IMG/VR virus record: IMGVR_UViG_3300044631_000268
Coordinates: 1 to 25,609 of that record
Strand: one strand, 5' to 3'
DNA from: a virus
Lineage: Duplodnaviria; Caudoviricetes
DNA length: 25,609 nucleotides
Shown here: positions 1 to 6,681 of the stretch, piece after piece
How the letters are laid out: the number at the start of each line of letters is the position of its first letter
Position numbering within the stretch: the stretch's first letter is position 1
Made by a program: the position numbers and the translations under genes
The notes under the pieces: generated by a model
What the model saw: the letters and a program-made list of their open reading frames with translations, nothing else
What the model was told of the DNA's origin: nothing
Database searches by the model: none

Positions 1-1041
1 AACTACGACAACATTGGCTGGTTGACCGAACAGGACTTGTCTGACTTCGATGCCATCGTGTTTGACGAGCTGACTAAGCTCAAGAACCCATCCGGCGCTC
101 GGTTTAAGGCGCTACACAAGATCATCGACCAGTTCAAGATACGCTGGGGCTTGACCGGATCGTTCACCAGCAACGGGCTCGAGGACGTCTTCGGGCAGTG
201 CAAGATCGTCGATGAGAAGCTCTTAGGCCGTGCCAAGGGCGCCTTCTTGCAACAGTATTTTGTCTGCATGAACCGCGACTTTGGCGAGTGGATGCCGCGC
301 CCTGGCGCCCTGCTGCAGATCATGGAGAAGATCAAGCCGGCGACGTATGTGCTGGAGCCAGGTGAGTACCGCGACAAGTTGCCGCCTTGCCACGTCGTCG
401 AGTTGCGCTGCCAGCTGGATGATCGGCAGCCTTACGAGAAGATGAAACGCGACTTTGCGGTACAGTTCCCGACCGCCGAGGTGCTGGCCGCCAACGCGGC
501 GGCTGTTACATCAAAGTTGCAACAGATGGCCAGCGGGTTTGTGTACGACAGCCAGCGGACGGCCACCGCCGTGCCTGGGCAGTTTGCGACGACCAAGCAG
601 TCGATCTGGTTTAGCAGTCACAAGTTTGAGCGATTGGATGAGTTACTCGAGGAGAATCAGCATGCCAATACGATCTTGGTTTACCAGTTTCAAGAGGAGC
701 TGGCGGAGATTCGTCGTCGCTATCCGAAAGCGCAGACGCTCGACGATGAGAAAGCAATTGAACGCTGGAACGCTGGACATATCGAACTGCTGGCCGTCCA
801 TCCAAAAAGCGCAGGACACGGGCTTAACCTACAGCACGGAGGATGCGTTATGGCTTTTATATCTCTACCGTGGAGCCTTGAGCTGTACGAGCAAACCATC
901 GGACGGCTGCACCGTTCCGGGCAGCTGCACGACGTCTGGGTTTATATCCTACTCGCCGACAAGACAGTTGACGAAAAGATCTGGGCAGCCCTGCACGACA
1001 AACGAGCAATTTCCGACATAGCAATGGAGGCATTGAAATGA
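1..1041 (+). CDS. SNF2-like (SF2) phage helicase, 5'-truncated by the window edge
   Basis: Frame is open from base 1 (NYDNIGWLTEQ...). Walker B-like IVFDE, motif III LTGS, HPKSAGHGLNLQ (motif V) and QTIGRLHRSGQ (motif VI) are typical of phage SNF2-like helicases. Confidence 0.9.
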   Translation, partial: NYDNIGWLTEQDLSDFDAIVFDELTKLKNPSGARFKALHKIIDQFKIRWGLTGSFTSNGLEDVFGQCKIVDEKLLGRAKGAFLQQYFVCMNRDFGEWMPRPGALLQIMEKIKPATYVLEPGEYRDKLPPCHVVELRCQLDDRQPYEKMKRDFAVQFPTAEVLAANAAAVTSKLQQMASGFVYDSQRTATAVPGQFATTKQSIWFSSHKFERLDELLEENQHANTILVYQFQEELAEIRRRYPKAQTLDDEKAIERWNAGHIELLAVHPKSAGHGLNLQHGGCVMAFISLPWSLELYEQTIGRLHRSGQLHDVWVYILLADKTVDEKIWAALHDKRAISDIAMEALK

Positions 1042-1310
1042 CTGACAAACAACCCGAAGCCCTGCGGCTGGCTGATAGATTGGAAGCGGATGCTCAAGGT
1101 TTAAACCTTGGCGCTGAAGGTATGGGCTGGGAGCCAAGCGCAAACAATATGCACGATGCAGCGACCGAACTACGCCGCTTGCATGAGGTGAATGCTGAGT
1201 TGGTGGAGGCGTTGGAAAAAATAGGGCTTTGCATTGCACATGACAATCCTAAAGGCGCAAGAAAAATTGCAGCAGCCGCTTATGCTTATGCTACAGGAGA
1301 ACAACAATGA
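1038..1310 (+). CDS. hypothetical protein (90 aa)
   Basis: ATGA overlap with the helicase stop; GGAGG SD upstream. Confidence 0.75.
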   Translation: MTDKQPEALRLADRLEADAQGLNLGAEGMGWEPSANNMHDAATELRRLHEVNAELVEALEKIGLCIAHDNPKGARKIAAAAYAYATGEQQ

Positions 1311-1411
1311 TTGATGCCTTTATATTTTGGTTGATGAAACCGTTAGCAGAGATTGCCTTCTTTATCATTGTTGTTCTTATCTTGGCCTTCATATTCAGGG
1401 GGAAACTATGA
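1307..1411 (+). CDS. small single-TM membrane protein (34 aa, MIDAFIFWLMKPLAEIAFFIIVVLILAFIFRGKL); not in ORF track
   Basis: Hand translation. AGGAG SD at 1295-1299, ATGA overlaps at both ends, long hydrophobic run followed by RGK. Confidence 0.7.
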   Translation: MIDAFIFWLMKPLAEIAFFIIVVLILAFIFRGKL

Positions 1412-1551
1412 CCATCACACTAACCCGCGCGGAAGGTTACTACTGCGTTGTATGTGGCAGGTTCCTGCCTGAAGAAGATGGCGTGGTCGTGCATGACGAT
1501 GTGCCGCACCCTGTTGACATGGACTTTGGAGATGAGGAGAACCCGCAATGA
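1408..1551 (+). CDS. hypothetical protein (47 aa, MTITLTRAEGYYCVVCGR..., CxxC plus His)
   Basis: Start reassigned from 1327 to ATG 1408 (ATGA overlap, AGGGGG SD). CxxC and HDDVPH could bind a metal. Confidence 0.65.
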   Translation: MTITLTRAEGYYCVVCGRFLPEEDGVVVHDDVPHPVDMDFGDEENPQ

Positions 1552-1748
1552 CACCAAAAGAAATTAACGAGTTAAAGAAATTGCACAACCGATACCAAGA
1601 AGAAGGGCAAAAAGTTTACGCCTTAGTGATCGATTTGCATGAGAAATGCACCAACTTGCAAAAAGAAATTCGAGAGGCCGAAGGCGAAGACTATGACCCC
1701 ATCCCGCTGATCTTTGGCGCTGGTTTTTGGATTGACCCTGATCTGTGA
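1548..1748 (+). CDS. hypothetical protein (66 aa)
   Basis: ATGA overlap; GAGGAG SD. Confidence 0.7.
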   Translation: MTPKEINELKKLHNRYQEEGQKVYALVIDLHEKCTNLQKEIREAEGEDYDPIPLIFGAGFWIDPDL

Positions 1749-1755
1749 GGCAGCT

Positions 1756-2163
1756 ATGACAATCACACTAACACGCGAGGAAGCGCAGCAGGTGCTGGAT
1801 GCAATGGAAGCAATGCAGACCTACACACGCGCAGAACGCAAAGGTTTACGGATATTTGACGAAGCAATCGAAACCCTCCGCGCCAGACTTGCGCAGCCTG
1901 AACCGAAGCCGGTGGCGTGGATGTTGACAGAACTTGATGGCACTCCATTGATTGATTGTGGCGATTTGGTTGTTAAGCAGCGCCCAGTTTTAGTAAGCGA
2001 CAAAACGGACTGCATACCACTCTACACCGCCCCATCACAGCGCGAATGGCAGGGGCTGACGGATGAGGAACAACTAGAAATTATGAAACAGTTTGGGCCG
2101 GGTCAACGTAAATTATTTGCAGATGCCATCGAAGCCAAGCTAAAGGAGAAGAACAGTGGATAA
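1756..2163 (+). CDS. hypothetical modular phage protein (135 aa; PVAW...PLYTAP...EWQGLTDEE...AIEAKLKEKN)
   Basis: Start reassigned to ATG 1756 (GAGG SD at 1747-1750). PVAW/PLY motifs are common in small accessory phage proteins. Confidence 0.75.
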   Translation: MTITLTREEAQQVLDAMEAMQTYTRAERKGLRIFDEAIETLRARLAQPEPKPVAWMLTELDGTPLIDCGDLVVKQRPVLVSDKTDCIPLYTAPSQREWQGLTDEEQLEIMKQFGPGQRKLFADAIEAKLKEKNSG

Positions 2164-2374
2164 CTACGTGATTGACGGCGACTTGGTTTTTAGTGACCAG
2201 AGTTCCGCATTGAAGTTTTACCGTGAGCAGTATCACAAGAAGAAAGAATGGCAAGGGCTGACTAATGAAGAAATTCTGGAGGAGTACAGGCAAGCGTATG
2301 GCGATGATGGGGACTTGACTGATGTTTATTTTGCCCGCGCCATCGAAGCTAAGTTGAAAGAGAAGAACACATGA
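2156..2374 (+). CDS. hypothetical protein (72 aa) sharing its C-terminal module with the upstream gene
   Basis: GTG start with AAGGAG SD; EWQGLTNEE...FARAIEAKLKEKN. Confidence 0.75.
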   Translation: MDNYVIDGDLVFSDQSSALKFYREQYHKKKEWQGLTNEEILEEYRQAYGDDGDLTDVYFARAIEAKLKEKNT

Positions 2375-2649
2375 GATACCTACTTTTATTATTGGCAGCG
2401 CCCGCAATGGCCGCCGCGCCCGACTACCTGACGTACACGAACGACATCAGTGTGCAGACAGTGTTGACCCAAGACCGTCCTAGCTGGTGCCACGGCATGA
2501 AGATGGCCTTTGACATCGACGGGCTAAACCGTGCGTACTATGGCTGCTGGGCCGCGTCGCAGGGCTTTGCGCACATTGAAATGTTGGACGGCAGCAAGCG
2601 TATTATCCCGATCTCTCGATTTAACAAACCCAAGGAGGCAACAAAATGA
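2371..2649 (+). CDS. putative exported protein (92 aa, Sec signal peptide)
   Basis: MRYLLLLLAAPAMA-A signal peptide with AxA site; two Cys in the mature part; ATGA overlap. Confidence 0.75.
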   Translation: MRYLLLLLAAPAMAAAPDYLTYTNDISVQTVLTQDRPSWCHGMKMAFDIDGLNRAYYGCWAASQGFAHIEMLDGSKRIIPISRFNKPKEATK

Positions 2650-2792
2650 CTGACTTCACCAAATACGAAACGCAGCGCGAAATTCTGATCGACTATCTGC
2701 ACGTCATGATCGCCCGATCCGACTGGCACGGCGTCTCAGACGTCGCCAACGATCTGCGTGAACTGGAGGCCGAACAACGTGAAAAGAATTGA
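2646..2792 (+). CDS. hypothetical protein (48 aa, MTDFTKYETQREILIDYLHVMIARSDWHGVSDVANDLRELEAEQREKN); not in ORF track
   Basis: Hand translation. AGGAGG SD, ATGA overlap, fills the gap exactly. Confidence 0.75.
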   Translation: MTDFTKYETQREILIDYLHVMIARSDWHGVSDVANDLRELEAEQREKN

Positions 2793-2952
2793 CTACTGGA
2801 AGGCCAAACTAAAGGCCGCGCAGACCGAGGAGCGCATACGCCAGAAGGAACTAAACCAGATGGCCAAAGCGTTTGAGCGGGCACTGCAGCAGGTTAATGA
2901 CATAGAACAAAGGATACAAGATGAAAAAGCAAAGCTGGCGCGCACTGAATGA
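2779..2952 (+). CDS. hypothetical coiled-coil protein (57 aa)
   Basis: Likely GTG start at 2779 with GGAGG SD at 2765-2769. Confidence 0.65.
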   Translation: MKRIDYWKAKLKAAQTEERIRQKELNQMAKAFERALQQVNDIEQRIQDEKAKLARTE

Positions 2953-3115
2953 CCAGTTGCCGTCATTGTCAGAGGATGAGGTGTTCGCCTTACTGACGCA
3001 CGAGACGTTGCATGAGCGCCGCAGCTCCCATCTGCAGCGCCTGCATCAGCGGTACTGCGCGCTGCGTGACGCCCGTGAACGGCTAGAGATCATGGCAAAG
3101 GCGGTACGTCCATGA
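2921..3115 (+). CDS. hypothetical protein (64 aa)
   Basis: AAGGA SD; coupled to the next gene by ATGA. Confidence 0.7.
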   Translation: MKKQSWRALNDQLPSLSEDEVFALLTHETLHERRSSHLQRLHQRYCALRDARERLEIMAKAVRP

Positions 3116-3342
3116 AAATTGTCGAGTTTCCAAACCAAGTTAACACCGAAGAGGCGCTTGAGGTGTTGGATGATTTACGCAAACAGATTGCTGACGGCAG
3201 CATTAAGGCGTTTGTGGCCGTCGGGATAGGCGACGACCATACGTTATACGGCTTTTCTGCGTCAACTAAAAAAACCACGCGGCTTGAAATGATGGGCGCC
3301 ATGATGGGTCTGCAATGGAATTACGTTGAGGGGGCGATGTGA
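3112..3342 (+). CDS. hypothetical protein (76 aa)
   Basis: ATGA/GTGA overlaps at both ends. Confidence 0.7.
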   Translation: MKIVEFPNQVNTEEALEVLDDLRKQIADGSIKAFVAVGIGDDHTLYGFSASTKKTTRLEMMGAMMGLQWNYVEGAM

Positions 3343-3584
3343 AGTGCCAAAACTGCGGCAGCAAGACCCATGTAGTCAACACCACCCAACAGCCAGGCGG
3401 CATCCGGCGGCAACGCAAGTGTGATTCATGCAAGAGTAATGCCTACAGCGCCGAGGTGTGGCTGAAAGCAACGGCCAACGGCGCGGAGCCGGTTTATACT
3501 AAAGAGGAGGCAGCGTTAATAAAAAAGAAAGAGGTTGACGTTCGCCGGGCAAATGAAGATAGGAGAAAAACCGATGTTACATAA
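3339..3584 (+). CDS. zinc-ribbon protein resembling the NrdR N-terminal Zn ribbon
   Basis: MKCQNCGSKTHVVNT...GIRRQRKCDSC matches the CxxC...(I)RRxRxCxxC pattern; no ATP-cone follows. Confidence 0.7.
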   Translation: MKCQNCGSKTHVVNTTQQPGGIRRQRKCDSCKSNAYSAEVWLKATANGAEPVYTKEEAALIKKKEVDVRRANEDRRKTDVT

Positions 3585-3789
3585 AGGAAGATTCGTTCAA
3601 GACAACACTGTGGTAAAGCCTGCGCCGTATGACACCGGCAAGGTCAGGATTGGCGTGTTCTACGATCCGCCACTATTCCAGCGCGCGTCGACGCCTGAAG
3701 AGCGGTTTATGCAGGACGTGGTGCTGGGGACGAAACCCTATAAAGAGTCGTCCCTCACCAAGTTCTTCGGGAGACTGCTGCGGATATGA
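3574..3789 (+). CDS. hypothetical protein (71 aa)
   Basis: Likely start ATG 3574 with AGGAG SD at 3561-3565. Confidence 0.7.
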   Translation: MLHKGRFVQDNTVVKPAPYDTGKVRIGVFYDPPLFQRASTPEERFMQDVVLGTKPYKESSLTKFFGRLLRI

Positions 3790-3965
3790 AAGACCTTGTG
3801 GTGGTGTACTACGCGGCGATCGCGTTGGCGACGTTCGCTTTTCTGGCCATTGGTTTACCTGAACCCAAGGGGCCGTCACCCGTAGAGTGCGGGTCGCGCG
3901 ATACCGTCATCATGACGACGCGCGACCGCGTCATCTGCCAGCAACTGCGCCGCCGCCTAGTTTGA
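3786..3965 (+). CDS. small membrane protein (59 aa, MKDLVVVYYAAIALATFAFLAIGLPEPK...C...C); not in ORF track
   Basis: Hand translation. ATGA overlap, N-terminal TM segment, two Cys; last gene of the + strand block. Confidence 0.65.
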   Translation: MKDLVVVYYAAIALATFAFLAIGLPEPKGPSPVECGSRDTVIMTTRDRVICQQLRRRLV

Positions 3966-4425
3966 GCCGGACGGCTTCGTACTGGGCGTAGCACTGCTTG
4001 AGGGCGAGCCGGACTTCGTCGGCTTCTCTGGCGAGTCCAACAACCACTTCGCTATCCTGTCGGTAAAGCTCTCTTGGGGTACAACCGCCTGATCCAGTAC
4101 CGGTGGCACCGGGCACGGCACCGGCTTCGGTGGTGGGGCGCTCGGCGCGGTTGCGCAGGCTGTTGTTAAGAGCGGTATTCCTAGCAAGCAAATCACGCGT
4201 TTCACGATCCTTCTCCTGTCTCAAGTGATCAGCGTCCGCCTGGATCGCCTGTTGTTTTTCAATCGACGCCTGTAACGCCTTCGCGTGTTCTGCCTGCTGC
4301 TTGATGCGCTCGGCGTCCCACTCGGCCTGCACGACCATCTTGCCGTGCGACGTCCCTTTGACGTAGCCAGCACCGCCCGCAACGACTACTGCGATAACGG
4401 CGCCAGCAATAAAATAGGGGTTCAT
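3931..4425 (-). CDS. Rz: i-spanin (Rz-like)
   Basis: N-terminal TM, long coiled-coil periplasmic region, C-terminal Cys; last gene of the lysis region; contains an embedded lipoprotein ORF. Confidence 0.85.
   Translation of the reverse strand: MNPYFIAGAVIAVVVAGGAGYVKGTSHGKMVVQAEWDAERIKQQAEHAKALQASIEKQQAIQADADHLRQEKDRETRDLLARNTALNNSLRNRAERPTTEAGAVPGATGTGSGGCTPRELYRQDSEVVVGLAREADEVRLALKQCYAQYEAVRLKLGGGAVAGR
3957..4205 (-). CDS. Rz1: o-spanin (Rz1-like lipoprotein) fully embedded in Rz
   Basis: GTG start with AAGGA SD; MKRVICLLGIPLLTTA-C lipoprotein signal; Pro-rich mature region (APPPKPVPCPVPP); different frame inside the i-spanin. Confidence 0.8.
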   Translation of the reverse strand: MKRVICLLGIPLLTTACATAPSAPPPKPVPCPVPPVLDQAVVPQESFTDRIAKWLLDSPEKPTKSGSPSSSATPSTKPSGSN

Positions 4426-4589
4426 TTCGGCGGTACCTTAGTACCTTCGAGCTTTTTATGGACCTTGATCGTCTTGCAGACTTCCGTGTCCTTACCCTTG
4501 ACCTTCTCGGTGCGGCAGACTTTCTTCATCTCACCGCCGGCAAACGCCACCATCGGCACAAACGCAATAAGTGCAACGAGTTTCTTCAT
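4422..4589 (-). CDS. secreted Lys-rich mini-protein (55 aa, MKKLVALIAFVPMVAFA-GGEMKKVCRTEKVKGKDTEVCKTIKVHKKLEGTKVPPK); not in ORF track
   Basis: Hand translation. AGGAG SD, AFA signal-peptidase site, ATGA overlap with the Rz start. Confidence 0.8.
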   Translation of the reverse strand: MKKLVALIAFVPMVAFAGGEMKKVCRTEKVKGKDTEVCKTIKVHKKLEGTKVPPK

Positions 4590-4598
4590 GACGATCTC

Positions 4599-5033
4599 CT
4601 ATTCAATCTCAGGTTGAGGTGCTGGGGGCGGCGCTGCCTTGCCGCCGAAACCGGCGACGACAGGCGCCGAGGCGAGTTGCGGCTCAACGCGCTGCACCGG
4701 CGCATGAGTCGGTGACGGTGGCGGTGACTTAGGCGGCGTCGGATCCGTCCAATCGCTGGCCTTGGATACGCCAGGTGGCGGGTCGATCAATTTGGCGACG
4801 CCATCTTTTCCTTTGATGGCCAAGAGCGTTGCCAGAGCGCCCAATATGTATTTCGACATATCGGAGAGCAACATAAAGAACTGCTTGTCCGCTGGCGCAA
4901 TGCCCACCATCGGCTGCGTCACGAACACGACCGAATACATGGCCAAGCTCGACATCAACAGCAGCACGACGCAAAACGTCGCGCCGATGATTAGCTTGAT
5001 GATCGAATCAATATGGTCAGGAGTCCACTTCAT
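4599..5033 (-). CDS. two-TM membrane protein with Pro-rich C-terminal tail (holin candidate)
   Basis: Hydrophobic segments at about aa 10-38 and 52-73; lies between endolysin and spanins; GGAGG SD. Confidence 0.7.
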   Translation of the reverse strand: MKWTPDHIDSIIKLIIGATFCVVLLLMSSLAMYSVVFVTQPMVGIAPADKQFFMLLSDMSKYILGALATLLAIKGKDGVAKLIDPPPGVSKASDWTDPTPPKSPPPSPTHAPVQRVEPQLASAPVVAGFGGKAAPPPAPQPEIE

Positions 5034-5230
5034 GGTTTCTGTTCCTCCGGCTTAAAGTCAGACGCGGGCAGCAACTGATCGGGGCAGGTGCCAGTCAAAG
5101 CGCAAGTTGGGCGTTGGCACTCGGGCTTGCTCCAGTTTTTGTTATCCATACAAGGATAACGGAAGCGGTCTTCGCAGCCGACTAGCCAGACGACGCCGAT
5201 CAGACTAAGCGCCAAAAATATGAAGCGCAT
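5030..5230 (-). CDS. small Cys-rich lipoprotein (about 66 aa)
   Basis: MRFIFLALSLIGVVWLVG-C lipobox; four further Cys; start at 5230 (or 5236) overlaps the endolysin 3' end. Confidence 0.8.
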   Translation of the reverse strand: MRFIFLALSLIGVVWLVGCEDRFRYPCMDNKNWSKPECQRPTCALTGTCPDQLLPASDFKPEEQKP

Positions 5231-5825
5231 GATCATAGTGTTTTTTCCTGTCTTCAAGACCAATCGTGCCGCCGTTGATGCGCTTGGTCATGCCAAGAAT
5301 ATCGCCGGCGTCCGCAAACTTGTTCAGGTTGTTCGTCTCCCAGAACCAGCAGGCGCTCTGCGCTGCGCCTTCGAACGTGCCCAAGTACTCTGGCACGTCG
5401 TCGATGCTCATCTCCAGGGAGTCAGCAAAAGCCTGATAGTTTGATCGTCCAGTAAGCTGAATAAGCCCACGGCCGCGAAAACGATAGCCGTCCCCACTAG
5501 ACTCATTGCCGTTGCCCATACGGTTAGCATAGATAAGATTTGCAATGGCCTCTTGTTTGTTAGGCCGCGCGCAATACTGATTAGCTGTGACATCGTCAGA
5601 AAAATATTTAGGAAACAAACGCCGCAGCGCCTGGGGTTTGTAGTTAAGGTTTTCGACGATGCTGGAAAAGCCACCCGACTCATGCGCACACTGGGCTAAA
5701 AACGCCGCCATGCGCTTCGGGGTGTTAATGTCGTAATCGGGAAAGAGTTGCGCAAGCGCGCGGTGCCAGTACTCGACGTACTTATTCTGTGGAATGATCT
5801 GACGTAGCTGGGCTTCGGTAATCAT
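5205..5825 (-). CDS. endolysin, glycoside hydrolase family 19
   Basis: AAFLAQCAHESGGF, ENLNY, YRFRGRGLIQLTGR, SACWFW and TKRINGG are GH19 phage lysin motifs; no signal or SAR segment. Confidence 0.92.
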   Translation of the reverse strand: MITEAQLRQIIPQNKYVEYWHRALAQLFPDYDINTPKRMAAFLAQCAHESGGFSSIVENLNYKPQALRRLFPKYFSDDVTANQYCARPNKQEAIANLIYANRMGNGNESSGDGYRFRGRGLIQLTGRSNYQAFADSLEMSIDDVPEYLGTFEGAAQSACWFWETNNLNKFADAGDILGMTKRINGGTIGLEDRKKHYDHALHIFGA

Positions 5826-6127
5826 TTGCCGTATAACCTTTCTTCCAGTATTTCACGTCGCAATTCTTTCATCTTCCTGACTTCAGCCACCGCCGCCTGC
5901 GTTGCGACATACATGTCGTAGTACATGAACGCCAACACGGGCATGACGATAAAGAAAGTCAGTAGCACTGCCATGACGGTGATTAGTAGTGACCAAGGGA
6001 CGTCTTCATCATCGCGCTTCTTGTCGTTAGCCACATTAGACCCACTCCCCACAGCACTACGAAAACGACTGCCGAAATCCATATTATTTTGGCCCTTAGT
6101 TCCGCTAGTTTTCTTTTGCGTCGCCAT
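5822..6127 (-). CDS. single-TM membrane protein (start uncertain: ATG 6127, or GTG 6034 giving 70 aa)
   Basis: Long hydrophobic run WSLLITVMAVLLTFFIVMPVLAFMYY; ATGA coupling to the endolysin; GGGAG upstream of GTG 6034. Confidence 0.7.
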   Translation of the reverse strand: MATQKKTSGTKGQNNMDFGSRFRSAVGSGSNVANDKKRDDEDVPWSLLITVMAVLLTFFIVMPVLAFMYYDMYVATQAAVAEVRKMKELRREILEERLYGK

Positions 6128-6678
6128 CTCGCCATTTGAATCAGTTTAAGCTCTTCTGCGTGCGCCTGATCTTGCTCGGCCACGATGGTCTTCCACATCT
6201 CCTCAAACTTGCTCCAAAGTGACCCCAATTCTGGCGGCGCTCGGAACACCATCGTTTCGCGTATCTCAGCCAGCATGGCGTCTAATCGTGTCGTGATGAT
6301 GATACGGCGCAGCGCCCGGCGCCCAACGCTTTCCTCACCCTTGTAGACCTTTTTGCTCTCCATCTGCTCGGCCAACAGCGCCTTGCTTAGTGCGTCATAA
6401 CTGTCCATCAACGCGCCCAACTGGTCACCGATCTCGGTGTACACGTCGTTCGGGTCGGCCTTGGCGATCTCCTGGACGCGCTGCACCTCGGCGTTGTACT
6501 TCTGCTTCTGCTCGACGGTTGGATTGCCACCCGTTACTTTATCGAACTGCGCACGCAAATCCTTCAGTACTTCTGACACCTCGCCGCTGGCGCCCTTGAT
6601 GTCCTTGTAAAGCTGGCAGCCCTTCTTAACCGCGGCGACTGCGGCGTTTGCAGCGGCAAGAAGGGTTAGTGGGTCAAT
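5983..6678 (-). CDS. coiled-coil protein with C-terminal TM anchor (231 aa if initiated at ATT 6678)
   Basis: Frame is open 33 codons upstream of the track's GTG (IDPLTLLAAANAAVAAVKKGCQLYKDIKG...). GGAG SD lies 6 nt before ATT. Basic RWRRKRK precedes the TM. Confidence 0.75.
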   Translation of the reverse strand: MDPLTLLAAANAAVAAVKKGCQLYKDIKGASGEVSEVLKDLRAQFDKVTGGNPTVEQKQKYNAEVQRVQEIAKADPNDVYTEIGDQLGALMDSYDALSKALLAEQMESKKVYKGEESVGRRALRRIIITTRLDAMLAEIRETMVFRAPPELGSLWSKFEEMWKTIVAEQDQAHAEELKLIQMARWRRKRKLAELRAKIIWISAVVFVVLWGVGLMWLTTRSAMMKTSLGHY

Positions 6679-6681
6679 TTT

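Noticed and set aside
455-1021. 188-aa alternate-frame ORF inside the helicase
   Set aside because: Arg/Ser/Pro/Cys-rich composition typical of an off-frame read; no SD.
1327-1407. Upstream extension of the track ORF 1327-1551
   Set aside because: This stretch is better explained by the 1307-1411 TM ORF; ATG 1408 has the coupling and SD.
1406-2369. CRISPR-like or attC-like array from the short repeats
   Set aside because: Repeats occur only as pairs, lie within coding sequence, vary mostly at synonymous sites, are not palindromic and are irregularly spaced.
5230-5263. Endolysin-lipoprotein frameshift at GGAAAAAAC
   Set aside because: It would need a +1 shift and would bury the lipoprotein signal internally; independent initiation is simpler.
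5983-6145. Programmed -1 frameshift fusing the 231-aa ORF to the downstream TM ORF
   Set aside because: The frames would allow it, but I found no canonical X XXY YYZ slippery heptamer in phase, and an independent start with SD exists.
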